Assembly: GCA_944324475.1 (NCBI GenBank)
Contig: CALUWK010000002.1
Coordinates: forward strand, 33,387 to 97,386
Source: Candidatus Gastranaerophilales bacterium
GTDB taxonomy: Bacteria; Cyanobacteriota; Vampirovibrionia; Gastranaerophilales; Gastranaerophilaceae
Direction of reading: 5' to 3'
Length of the DNA: 64,000 bases
Shown piece after piece: positions 1 to 8,904 of this stretch; the stretch's first letter is position 1, and the number at the start of each line of letters is the position of its first letter. Position numbers and translations under genes: made by a program. The notes under the pieces were generated by a model, which was given only the letters and a program-made list of their open reading frames with translations, was not told the origin of the DNA and did not search any database.

Positions 1-21
1 AAAACTGCCCAAAAAGTCTAA

Positions 22-50
22 TTGGAAAAAAAAGTCCAATATGCTATAAT
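22..50 (+). promoter_or_regulatory. sigma70-like promoter (TTGGAA - 17 nt - TATAAT) upstream of the ABC ATPase gene
   Basis: TTGGAA at 22-27, 17-nt spacer, TATAAT at 45-50. A GAGGA Shine-Dalgarno lies at 63-67, before the GTG start at 74. Confidence 0.45.
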
Positions 51-73
51 TCCCCATAATTAGAGGAAAAATT

Positions 74-1021
74 GTGGATAAAATTTTAAAAATTAAAAAT
101 TTAAGTACAGGTTTTTATATAGAAGACAATTTTTATTTCGCAATAAATAATATAAATTTAGAATTTGAAAAAGGCAAAATCCACGCAATAGCAGGTGAGT
201 CGGGGTGCGGAAAATCTGTTTTTATTAATAGTATTTTAAAGTTACTTCCAAAAAATGCAAAAGTTGTCTCGGGAGAAATTTTATTTAACAATCAAAATAT
301 TCTTAACATAAGAGAAAAAGATTTTAATAAAATCAGAGGAACAAAAATTTCTCTAATTCCGCAAGACCCTTTTATGTCACTCAACCCATTATATAAAATA
401 GAAAACCAGCTACTTGAGGTCAATTTTCTAAAAAATAAAGACAAAGAACAAGCCAAAAAAATAATTATAAATGCACTTGAAGAAGTTAAAATACAAAATA
501 TTGACAATGTTTTAAAATCATATCCACATGAATTGTCAGGTGGCATGAAACAAAGAATAATAATAGCTATGGCACTTATTTCCGATGCAGAACTTATATT
601 AGCGGACGAACCAACAACAGCGCTTGATGTTAGTGTATCAAATTCAATATTAAATCTACTATTAGAACTTAAAAATAAAAATAAAACAATAATCTTAATT
701 ACACACGACTTATCTATTGTGTATAATTATTGTGATACAGCTACGATAATGTATCTTGGAGATATAGTTGAAAATTCAAACGCAAAACAACTTTTTAAAT
801 ACCCAAAACATCCCTATACAAAAGCATTAATTGAAGCACTACCAACATTACGTGGAAGAAAATTAAAAAATATTAAGGGACAAATTTCACCTATAACAAA
901 TACAATAAAGGGTTGTAAATTTCATCCAAGGTGCGAATGTAAAAAAAATATATGCCTAGAACAAAAACCTGTCTTGAAAACAGTTGATAGCAGCAAAATT
1001 GCTTGTTGGTTATTTGAATAA
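74..1021 (+). CDS. oligopeptide/dipeptide-type ABC transporter ATP-binding protein (OppD/DppD class)
   Basis: Walker A GESGCGKS, ABC signature LSGGMKQR, Walker B LILADEPTTALD. The C-terminal extension typical of Opp/Dpp ATPases is present (HPYTKALIEALP, GCKFHPRC). GTG start with upstream SD. Confidence 0.9.
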   Translation: MDKILKIKNLSTGFYIEDNFYFAINNINLEFEKGKIHAIAGESGCGKSVFINSILKLLPKNAKVVSGEILFNNQNILNIREKDFNKIRGTKISLIPQDPFMSLNPLYKIENQLLEVNFLKNKDKEQAKKIIINALEEVKIQNIDNVLKSYPHELSGGMKQRIIIAMALISDAELILADEPTTALDVSVSNSILNLLLELKNKNKTIILITHDLSIVYNYCDTATIMYLGDIVENSNAKQLFKYPKHPYTKALIEALPTLRGRKLKNIKGQISPITNTIKGCKFHPRCECKKNICLEQKPVLKTVDSSKIACWLFE

Positions 1022-1025
1022 TAAT

Positions 1026-1054
1026 TTGTCATAGCATAAAATGGGTACTATAAT
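1026..1054 (+). promoter_or_regulatory. sigma70-like promoter (TTGTCA - 17 nt - TATAAT) upstream of the tandem paralog pair
   Basis: TTGTCA at 1026-1031, 17-nt spacer, TATAAT at 1049-1054, about 30 nt upstream of the ATG at 1086. Confidence 0.45.
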
Positions 1055-1085
1055 TATGAAAACACAGATAATATGAGAATAAATC

Positions 1086-2090
1086 ATGACAACAAATATA
1101 CACAAATACAATGGCGTAGAATGGTCATTACCATTACTTTTTCAACACGAACCAATATGGGATGCGATTTATAGATCTCTTAAAAATTTTGATATAACAA
1201 TACCAAAAGTAAATCTTTTTGGTTCGCCATCTAATATTTGGACCGGAGGGAGAGCACCTGCCATATACAAAAATATTAATGAAGAAACATTAATAAACAC
1301 TTTTAAATATTTAAAAAAAATTAACGCAACCCCAACTTTCACTTTTACTTCAACTCAGTTAACAAAAGAGGATTTAAAGGATGAATATGCGAATTTTCTT
1401 TTAGATATAGCTCTTGAAAATGATGCAAGATTTATAGTTTATTCTGATATATTAAGAGATTATATTAAAGAAAAAAAGTCTGATGCGTGTACAGTTGCAT
1501 CAGTAATAAAATCAAACTTTAGATTTCAAGGCCCAAATAAAATTGAAGAACCGACAGTTGAAAAAGAAACAAATTATTATAATAAATTACTCAAAGAATA
1601 TGATATTGTTGTAGTCAGACCTGAATATTCAATAACAACGCTAACGGAACATCCAGAATATATTGATGATATATCAAGAATTGAAGTTATGATTAATCAA
1701 CCTTGTATATATAATTGTCCCATGATGCCAGAGCACTACAGGTTTTTAGAAAAATTAAAATTAAAACCAAAAATAAATGAGCGTTTTCAATGCATAAGAA
1801 AAGATATTCCCAAAAATATTTTACTTGAAAACACCTTAGCACACCCACAAAAAATTGTTGAAAAACTTGTATACGAAAATGGAGTAAAAAATCTTAAGCT
1901 CCAAGGGAGAGGAACGGACACTCCAATATGTTCTCTAATTCACATATTGAGTAATTTGATGTTTAACCAAGATGGAAATGGCTATCAAATATTTGCACAC
2001 ATTCATAAAACACTTGAAATTTCGATGCAAAATTTTCAAAACATAACAAATAACTACAGAGATACGACAGTATGCCAAAAGAACTTTTAA
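1086..2090 (+). CDS. hypothetical protein, paralog A of a tandem pair (no family recognised)
   Basis: 334-aa ORF. It aligns along its full length with the next ORF. The central 131 aa (INATPTF...MINQPCI) are identical to paralog B, while the termini are only weakly similar. Conserved QPCI(Y/F)NCPM cysteine motif. Confidence 0.7.
   Translation: MTTNIHKYNGVEWSLPLLFQHEPIWDAIYRSLKNFDITIPKVNLFGSPSNIWTGGRAPAIYKNINEETLINTFKYLKKINATPTFTFTSTQLTKEDLKDEYANFLLDIALENDARFIVYSDILRDYIKEKKSDACTVASVIKSNFRFQGPNKIEEPTVEKETNYYNKLLKEYDIVVVRPEYSITTLTEHPEYIDDISRIEVMINQPCIYNCPMMPEHYRFLEKLKLKPKINERFQCIRKDIPKNILLENTLAHPQKIVEKLVYENGVKNLKLQGRGTDTPICSLIHILSNLMFNQDGNGYQIFAHIHKTLEISMQNFQNITNNYRDTTVCQKNF
1318..1724 (+). repeat. 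direct repeat copy 1 (393 nt perfect identity, then 1 mismatch and 13 more matches) inside paralog A
   Basis: By direct comparison, 1318-1710 is identical to 2304-2696 (offset 986 nt). The first mismatch is at 1711 vs 2697. Confidence 0.9.
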
Positions 2091-3031
2091 AATATAAAAA
2101 TACAGAATGGTCGATACCAATTTTTATAAACAATATTCCTATATGGGGTACGATAAATGCTATTCTTCAACAGTTCAAGTTTGAAATTCCCAAGATTAAT
2201 TTAAGCGGAAATGTTTATAACTTATGGTCAAACCACAACAAAAATATACCTTATGAAAAAATACCTAAAAATAAATTAAAAAATATAATAGAATACACAA
2301 AAGAAATTAACGCAACCCCAACTTTCACTTTTACTTCAACTCAGTTAACAAAAGAGGATTTAAAGGATGAATATGCGAATTTTCTTTTAGATATAGCTCT
2401 TGAAAATGATGCAAGATTTATAGTTTATTCTGATATATTAAGAGATTATATTAAAGAAAAAAAGTCTGATGCGTGTACAGTTGCATCAGTAATAAAATCA
2501 AACTTTAGATTTCAAGGCCCAAATAAAATTGAAGAACCGACAGTTGAAAAAGAAACAAATTATTATAATAAATTACTCAAAGAATATGATATTGTTGTAG
2601 TCAGACCTGAATATTCAATAACAACGCTAACGGAACATCCAGAATATATTGATGATATATCAAGAATTGAAGTTATGATTAATCAACCTTGTATATTTAA
2701 TTGTCCCATGCCTTGCATAATAAAAGAAAAAGAAACGGATGACGATACAGTAAGCAATTTTAAATGCATAAAAGAAATTATCAGAAATAAAGATGTAATA
2801 AAACAAAATGTTTCACATTCTAATAAAGACATAGTTAAACTCATAAACAACGGGGTTTCAAAACTTGCCATGCATGAATTTGATTATAATAAAACACCTA
2901 TTGACATACTTCATCAAATATACAATCTAATGTTCAATAATAATGGAAAATACTATCATGTCTATAATTTAATCGGTGTAAATTCACTTGAAAAAGAAAT
3001 AAATTATTTTAAAAACTTTTTTGATTCATAA
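2072..3031 (+). CDS. hypothetical protein, paralog B of a tandem pair
   Basis: 319-aa ORF whose start overlaps the end of paralog A by 19 nt. It has the same architecture and an identical central block. Confidence 0.7.
   Translation: MPKELLKYKNTEWSIPIFINNIPIWGTINAILQQFKFEIPKINLSGNVYNLWSNHNKNIPYEKIPKNKLKNIIEYTKEINATPTFTFTSTQLTKEDLKDEYANFLLDIALENDARFIVYSDILRDYIKEKKSDACTVASVIKSNFRFQGPNKIEEPTVEKETNYYNKLLKEYDIVVVRPEYSITTLTEHPEYIDDISRIEVMINQPCIFNCPMPCIIKEKETDDDTVSNFKCIKEIIRNKDVIKQNVSHSNKDIVKLINNGVSKLAMHEFDYNKTPIDILHQIYNLMFNNNGKYYHVYNLIGVNSLEKEINYFKNFFDS
2304..2710 (+). repeat. direct repeat copy 2 inside paralog B
   Basis: Identical to 1318-1710. The flanking coding sequence is strongly diverged on both sides. 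Confidence 0.9.
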
Positions 3032-3569
3032 TTTTTTCAAACAACGACAAAGAAAATCCAACTACATTATCAATATTACCCTCAATTTTTACAACAAAAT
3101 CAAAATTGTTATCTTGAATACCATAGCTTCCTGCTTTATCAAAAGGTTTGCAATTTTCAATATATTTTTTTATATCAACCGATGACAATTTTCTAAAAGT
3201 TACATTAGTTGTTTCAGTTTCAACCACAACATCGTCTCCCTTAATCAAACAAATTGAGGTTGCAACAAAATGAGTACGATTTGATAACATTTTTAGCATT
3301 TGGAATGCATCATCATAACCATCAGGTTTACCCAGAATTTTATTATTCAAAACAACAACTGTATCTGCCGATACAATAGATGAATCACTATCAACTCTAT
3401 TTTTTACATCCAAAGCCTTTTGCAGTGCACAATTTTCAACAAGTTCCTTTGAATATTCCAAATTAGAAATATTTTCAACATAAAAAGAAGGTACAACATC
3501 AAAAATATAGCCTGCATTAGATAAAATTTCTTTTCGCCGTGGAGAAGCACTTGCTAAAACTATTTTCAT
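3009..3569 (-). CDS. maf: Maf-like nucleoside triphosphate pyrophosphatase (septum formation protein Maf family)
   Basis: N-terminal KIVLASASPRRKEIL and overall Maf-like sequence. I prefer the ATG at 3569, because the ORF-track start at 3596 lies inside the tsf terminator stem. Confidence 0.85.
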   Translation of the reverse strand: MKIVLASASPRRKEILSNAGYIFDVVPSFYVENISNLEYSKELVENCALQKALDVKNRVDSDSSIVSADTVVVLNNKILGKPDGYDDAFQMLKMLSNRTHFVATSICLIKGDDVVVETETTNVTFRKLSSVDIKKYIENCKPFDKAGSYGIQDNNFDFVVKIEGNIDNVVGFSLSLFEKIMNQKSF

Positions 3570-3586
3570 AACTAAATTATACACAA

Positions 3587-3612
3587 AAAACGCCATTAAA
3601 AAATGGCGTTTT
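3587..3612 (-). terminator. rho-independent terminator after tsf
   Basis: The stem AAAACGCCAT / ATGGCGTTTT has a 6-nt loop. On the minus strand it is followed by a T-run (TTTTTTGTGT). Confidence 0.7.
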
Positions 3613-3638
3613 AGTATTATTTAGTATTAAAATTGACA

Positions 3639-4514
3639 TTAACCTTTTATTTGATTCATAACTTCTTGCGCAAAATTGTCTTGTCTTTTTTCAAGACCTT
3701 CACCAAGAACATATCTTTCAAATCTAACAATTTCACACTTTCCATCAATTAATTGCGAAATTGTTAAATCGGGATTTTTAACAAATGGTTGCTCCAAAAG
3801 ACATCTTTGAGACATTAATTTGTTAACTCTACCTTCAACAATTTTTTCTCTGATTTGTTCAGGTTTATTTGCTAAATCTTCTTTGCCCATTTCAATACGT
3901 TTTTCTTCTGCAATAACTGAAGCCGGAATTTCGTCTCTTGAAACAAACTCGGGAGCATTTGAAGCAATATGCAAGCAAATATCTTTAGTTAAAGTTTCAT
4001 CACAATTATTACATTTTGCTTCCAATAAAACACCTATTTTGCCATTATGAATATATGTATTAACACAACAACCAGCATCATATCTGACAAATCTTCTGAT
4101 TGTAATTTTTTCGCCAATTTTAGCGATTCTTTCTTTGATTACTTCTTCTATTGGTTTTTTGCAAACAGGGCAGTCCATTTTAACCAATTCATCAACAGAA
4201 GTTGGATTTAATTCCAAAACTGCCTTAGCCATCATGTTTGCAAAGTCTTTAAAATCATCATTCTTTGCGACAAAATCAGTTTCGCAATTTACTTCAACCA
4301 TTGCGCCAATTTTTCCGTCAACAACAGATGCCACAACACCTTCTGCTGCAATTCTGCCCATTTTTTTATCAGCAGAAGCCATGCCTTTTTGTCTTAAAAG
4401 TTCAATTGCTTTATCCATATCACCATCGGTTTCAACAAGAGCTTTTTTAGCATCCATCATACCGGCGCCGGTTTTATCTCTCAATTCTTTTACCATTGAT
4501 GCTTTTATTTCCAT
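3639..4514 (-). CDS. tsf: translation elongation factor Ts
   Basis: N-terminal UBA-like VKELRDKTGAGMMDAKKAL. The rest is EF-Ts-like and the gene sits immediately downstream of rpsB. Confidence 0.95.
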   Translation of the reverse strand: MEIKASMVKELRDKTGAGMMDAKKALVETDGDMDKAIELLRQKGMASADKKMGRIAAEGVVASVVDGKIGAMVEVNCETDFVAKNDDFKDFANMMAKAVLELNPTSVDELVKMDCPVCKKPIEEVIKERIAKIGEKITIRRFVRYDAGCCVNTYIHNGKIGVLLEAKCNNCDETLTKDICLHIASNAPEFVSRDEIPASVIAEEKRIEMGKEDLANKPEQIREKIVEGRVNKLMSQRCLLEQPFVKNPDLTISQLIDGKCEIVRFERYVLGEGLEKRQDNFAQEVMNQIKG

Positions 4515-4541
4515 AGTTTATTCTCCTAATTCTAATCTAAA

Positions 4542-5297
4542 TTACGCTTCAGTAGCATTTGCATCTGCTGCAGTTACTTTTTCAATTTTACCTGTTGTTT
4601 TTGCATTGTTTGCTCTTAATTCTTTGCCTTCTAAAACAGCGTCAGCCATTTTTGAAGCAATTAATTTAATGGAACGAAGAGCATCATCATTACCAGGAAT
4701 AATATAATCAATGCCATCAGTATCAGCATTAGTATCAGCTAAACATACAACAGGAATACCTAATTTGTTAGCTTCTTTAATTGCAATTAATTCTTTCTTT
4801 TGATCAATTACCACTAAAATATCAGGCATGCCTTTCATTTCTTTAATACCACCTAAAGTTTTTGATAATTTAGCAACTTGTCTTGTTAATTGAGCAACTT
4901 CTTTTTTTGGTAATTTATTTGCAGCACCTGATTCTAAGAAAGATTCAAGTTCTCTTAGTTTATTAACTCTACCTCTGATTGTTTCAAAATTAGTCATCAT
5001 ACCACCTAACCAACGACGGTTGATATAATAACCTCCGCAACGAACAGCCTCTTGAGCAACAACATCGACTGCTTGTTTTTTAGTACCAACAAATAAAACA
5101 TTTTTACCTTGTGAAGCAAATTTTCTAACTACATCATAAGCCTTATCTAATAAATCAGATGTTTTTCTTAAATCAATAATGTAGATACCATTTTTTGCAC
5201 CAAAAATATATTGTTTCATTTTTGGATTCCATTTTTGTGTTTGGTGACCAAAGTGTACACCTGCATCTAATAATTCTACTAAAGTAGCTACTGCCAT
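4542..5297 (-). CDS. rpsB: 30S ribosomal protein S2
   Basis: [20 protein letters not shown] and the remainder of the S2 fold sequence. Conserved rpsB-tsf order. Confidence 0.95.
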   Translation of the reverse strand: MAVATLVELLDAGVHFGHQTQKWNPKMKQYIFGAKNGIYIIDLRKTSDLLDKAYDVVRKFASQGKNVLFVGTKKQAVDVVAQEAVRCGGYYINRRWLGGMMTNFETIRGRVNKLRELESFLESGAANKLPKKEVAQLTRQVAKLSKTLGGIKEMKGMPDILVVIDQKKELIAIKEANKLGIPVVCLADTNADTDGIDYIIPGNDDALRSIKLIASKMADAVLEGKELRANNAKTTGKIEKVTAADANATEA

Positions 5298-5473
5298 AGT
5301 TTCTTATCCTTTCTTTTTTCGGTTTAATCCTGACCCCTTGGCTCGGGCTGGCTAAAATACCATTTGGAAATAATAACCGAAAAGGTAATCTAATAACAAA
5401 ATTATCATATATAAAACATATGTTAAAAGCAAGAATGAATTAAAATCCTGTATGCAAAATTTAATCATACATA

Positions 5474-5502
5474 TTGACATTTTGTTAGGTTTACCTTACT
5501 AT
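5474..5502 (+). promoter_or_regulatory. near-consensus sigma70 promoter (TTGACA - 17 nt - TACTAT) for the DtxR/MntR-family gene
   Basis: TTGACA at 5474-5479, 17-nt spacer, TACTAT at 5497-5502. AAGGAG SD at 5514-5519, ATG at 5529. Confidence 0.55.
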
Positions 5503-5526
5503 GTATAAAAAGTAAGGAGTGCCTAA
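5485..5526 (+). promoter_or_regulatory. imperfect palindrome overlapping the -10 element and SD; candidate operator or RBS-sequestering hairpin
   Basis: TTAGG-N4-CCTTACT-N10-AGTAAGG-N4-CCTAA. 12 of 16 arm positions are complementary. Confidence 0.4.
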
Positions 5527-5528
5527 CA

Positions 5529-5915
5529 ATGATAAGTGCAAGTCTTGAAGATTATCTAGAATTTATACACAATACAATCCTTGAAAAAAAAGAAATAAAG
5601 GCAATTGATATTTCAAAAGCATTCAGTATCTCAAGACCATCCGTATCAGAAGCACTGATTCGACTTGCTGATATGGATTTAATAATCTACGAAGGAAGAA
5701 AAGGTATAAAAATAACAAAAAAAGGAATAGAACAAGCCAAAAAAACAGTTAAAAAACATCAAATTCTATCAGATTTTTTTGTTGAAATTCTTATGATTGA
5801 TAAACAAACAGCAGAAAAAAACGCCTGCAAAATAGAGCATGTTATTGACGATGAAATAATTGAAAAAATGAAAAAATACAAAGAAAGTAAACTAAAAAAC
5901 AATGAACAATCTTAA
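5529..5915 (+). CDS. DtxR/MntR-family metal-dependent transcriptional repressor (short form)
   Basis: N-terminal winged HTH (EDYLEFI...ISKAFSISRPSVSEALIRL) followed by the DtxR dimerisation/metal-binding helix region (KKHQILSDFFVEILMID...CKIEHVIDDE). Confidence 0.8.
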   Translation: MISASLEDYLEFIHNTILEKKEIKAIDISKAFSISRPSVSEALIRLADMDLIIYEGRKGIKITKKGIEQAKKTVKKHQILSDFFVEILMIDKQTAEKNACKIEHVIDDEIIEKMKKYKESKLKNNEQS

Positions 5916-6888
5916 AATCTTTGGGAAATTTCTCGATCAGCCGATATTAATAACAAAATTAAACAAATCAATGCCGAAAATAATGGCTTGCGGGGCAGGT
6001 ATTATTTTAGCAAATGACGCTATTGACGTTTTTAAAAAAAATAATAAAGATAAAAATTTTAAAAAAGATTTATTTAAAAAAGCAATTATTTTAGCTTTTG
6101 CAATATCAAGCGCGCTTTTAGCTCCTAAAATTGCATCTAAAATAACAAAAAGAACACCAATTGAAACGCTTGATGAAATTCGCAATAAAAATGAAAAATT
6201 AATTAATGATTTTCTTAAAAATAATAATCTCGAAGAATCAGCAAAAAATCTGCTTATTAAAGCAAAAAATGAAATTTTAACTCTTGGTGAAATAAAAAAA
6301 CTTGTTAAGAATTTATCCAATAATAATGATGGAGAAAAACTTTTTAATGAATTAATACCTGACCCAGAAAATATCCAAGCAAAAGATATTTTTTCTGAAA
6401 TCGGTTATCTTTCAATTTATGGGTTAGTTCCTGTAATAGGAGGGATAATAGGGGGTATTTGTGCCGATAAAACAACAAAAGAATGTAATAAAGAAAAAAT
6501 AACAGATAAAATCAATGAAGGAATTTATCAATATCTCGCTAATATTTTTATGTGCAACATAGGAGCAGGTCTGGCTTTGTCAATTCTAGAGAAAATGAAG
6601 ATAACCTCAAAATCTTCAAGAGCAATAGGTATGACAACAGGAATTATCTTAACAGGAGTGATAGGTGGCTCCAAAATCGCCAATACAATTTCGCAAAAAG
6701 TAATTCAGCCATTTATATACCCAAACAAAGCAAAAAAAGAAAGAAAACCGGAAATAATGGATTTAGGACTACATGCAGATGACATTGCAACAGTATCACT
6801 ATTATCAGGATTAAAATGGATAGAACCGATAATACCCAGTTTATACACAATATCAGGATATAAAGCCGGTACAGGATACAGAAACTAA
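5902..6888 (+). CDS. hypothetical lysine-rich integral membrane protein
   Basis: 328-aa ORF overlapping the repressor gene by 14 nt. It has several hydrophobic/glycine-zipper segments (GGIIGGICAD, GIILTGVIGGSKI). No recognisable family. Confidence 0.6.
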   Translation: MNNLKIFGKFLDQPILITKLNKSMPKIMACGAGIILANDAIDVFKKNNKDKNFKKDLFKKAIILAFAISSALLAPKIASKITKRTPIETLDEIRNKNEKLINDFLKNNNLEESAKNLLIKAKNEILTLGEIKKLVKNLSNNNDGEKLFNELIPDPENIQAKDIFSEIGYLSIYGLVPVIGGIIGGICADKTTKECNKEKITDKINEGIYQYLANIFMCNIGAGLALSILEKMKITSKSSRAIGMTTGIILTGVIGGSKIANTISQKVIQPFIYPNKAKKERKPEIMDLGLHADDIATVSLLSGLKWIEPIIPSLYTISGYKAGTGYRN

Positions 6889-6950
6889 ATCATCACATAT
6901 AATGAAGTTTTATTAATATTTTTGATATTTAAATAGCAAAATGTAAAATA

Positions 6951-7511
6951 TTGATTATGGATTATACAGCACAAATAGAAAAACTTTTTAAATACTTTGA
7001 TTTAAGTTTAGAATTTGAAAATAAAGTTATAATTACAAAACTAAAACAAAATTTTAACAATGATTTAAACTTATTCGGATGTTTTATTAAAGATTATTTA
7101 ACCATTAAATGTCCAAATAAAGAAATTGAAGACATTAATATATACAGTGAATTTGTAATATTTTTTGAAAATATTAAAATTCAAGAAAAAAATAACGAGC
7201 TTTTTGAATTTTTTAATTATGGTAATTATTATTTAACCATTGTTTTTGAAAATACCAATGAAATTAATCTGCAAAGCACTATTGGAGTAGTTAATTCTTG
7301 TTTTGCACTTGATTGTTACCCATACTTAATGATTTTACAAAATAAATTAAACAAAAAAGAAATTAACAAAAATTCATATATTTTAATGTTAAAATCAATA
7401 TCTGATGCAGTACTTGAAAGATTTAAACATCCTGAAAATTCAAACATAGAATTTAAAAATCTAAAAATTGCAAATGAGATAATTAATTTGAAAGAAAGGC
7501 TGGTAAGCTGA
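6951..7511 (+). CDS. hypothetical protein
   Basis: 186-aa ORF with a TTG at 6951 or ATG at 6957, ending 1 nt before obg. No recognisable motifs. Confidence 0.5.
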   Translation: MIMDYTAQIEKLFKYFDLSLEFENKVIITKLKQNFNNDLNLFGCFIKDYLTIKCPNKEIEDINIYSEFVIFFENIKIQEKNNELFEFFNYGNYYLTIVFENTNEINLQSTIGVVNSCFALDCYPYLMILQNKLNKKEINKNSYILMLKSISDAVLERFKHPENSNIEFKNLKIANEIINLKERLVS

Positions 7512-7512
7512 A

Positions 7513-8802
7513 TTGGCAGCTTTTATAGATAAAGCTAAAATAAAGGTTATATCAGGCGCAGGCGGAAATGGTGCACTCGCTTGGCGCAGAGAAAAATATG
7601 TCGACAAAGGCGGACCCGCAGGCGGAGACGGCGGTGCAGGCGGCAGTGTATATTTTATTGCAACAACAAACATGTCAACACTACTTGATTTTACACATAA
7701 AACTGTTTTTAGAGCGCAAAAAGGCGAAAACGGAAAAAGCAAAAATTGTCATGGTAAAAACGGTGATGATTTATACATAAAAATGCCCGTAGGGGTTATT
7801 GTAAGAGACTTAAAAACAAACAAACTTATAGCTGATTTAAATAAAAATAATAAAACCGTATTAATAGCAAAGGGCGGAAGAGGTGGTAGAGGAAACGCAC
7901 GTTTTGCAACTGCTCAAAAAAGAGCACCTCAATTTTGCGAACCCGGAGAACCTTCAATAGAAAGAGAACTTGAACTAGAACTTAAACTAATAGCCGACGT
8001 CGGACTTATAGGAATGCCAAATGCCGGAAAATCAAGTTTAATAAGTGTTGTTAGCGCAGCAAAACCCAAAATAGCAGACTATCCGTTTACAACACTGATA
8101 CCTAATCTTGGAGTAGTTAAAAAAACAGAAGGAGACGGTTTTGTTATTGCTGACATACCAGGACTTATTGAAGGAGCCTCAAAAGGTTATGGGCTTGGAC
8201 ATGAATTTTTAAGGCATGTTCAAAGATGTAAACTTTTATTGCATATAATTGATATTTCCGAAGAAAACAGTTTGGAAAATTATAAAAAAATAAATAAAGA
8301 ATTAAAAAAATTTGACTCTGAATTAACAAAAAGACAACAAATTATTGTTCTAAATAAATTGGACTTGATTGATTTTGAACATGCTCAAGAAATTAAAAAA
8401 GAATTTATAAAAAAAACTAAAACCAAGAATGAAATTTTCACTGTTTCAACAGCCACAAAACAAGGTATAAATGAACTTTTAAATTATATCAGCAAAAAAC
8501 TGGAACAAATAGAAGATATTGAAATTGAACTCGATATAGAAGAAGATTTCAATTCAACCAATAATGATGATTCTAATTTCGAAATTATAAAACTTAACAA
8601 AAGTACATATCAAATAAAATGTGGCAAATTAAAGCGTATAGCATCAGTTACAGATATCAAAAACTTGCATCAAATAAAAAGATTAACAAATATAATGGAT
8701 TCCATGGGGATATATGAAAAACTCAGAGAATACGGGGTTAAAAATAAAGATACAATCTTAGCAGAGGGAATAGAATTAATGTTTGATGAAGATTATTACT
8801 AA
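7513..8802 (+). CDS. obg: GTPase Obg/CgtA
   Basis: Glycine-rich Obg fold (GGNGALAWRREKYVDKGGPAGGDGGAGGSVYF), G1 GMPNAGKSS, G3 DIPGLIEGA, G4 NKLD, plus a C-terminal OCT-type domain. Confidence 0.95.
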   Translation: MAAFIDKAKIKVISGAGGNGALAWRREKYVDKGGPAGGDGGAGGSVYFIATTNMSTLLDFTHKTVFRAQKGENGKSKNCHGKNGDDLYIKMPVGVIVRDLKTNKLIADLNKNNKTVLIAKGGRGGRGNARFATAQKRAPQFCEPGEPSIERELELELKLIADVGLIGMPNAGKSSLISVVSAAKPKIADYPFTTLIPNLGVVKKTEGDGFVIADIPGLIEGASKGYGLGHEFLRHVQRCKLLLHIIDISEENSLENYKKINKELKKFDSELTKRQQIIVLNKLDLIDFEHAQEIKKEFIKKTKTKNEIFTVSTATKQGINELLNYISKKLEQIEDIEIELDIEEDFNSTNNDDSNFEIIKLNKSTYQIKCGKLKRIASVTDIKNLHQIKRLTNIMDSMGIYEKLREYGVKNKDTILAEGIELMFDEDYY

Positions 8803-8904
8803 AAAGTTACATTTTGACAAAATAAAAAGTCATAGTAAACTTAAAATTAAGATAGTAAAAAATATATGTGGTAATATTAGTATTGGAAAAAGAGTTTAAT
8901 ATTA

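Noticed and set aside
3570-3596. Nine-codon N-terminal extension of Maf (ATG at 3596)
   Set aside because: That ATG lies within the stem of the tsf terminator hairpin. The Maf family N-terminus begins at MKIVLASASPRR (ATG 3569).
5298-5400. GC-rich patch upstream of rpsB as a tRNA or other small RNA gene
   Set aside because: I could not fold it into a cloverleaf. It has no T-loop GTTCxAxxC-type motif or acceptor pairing, and its position fits an mRNA leader better.
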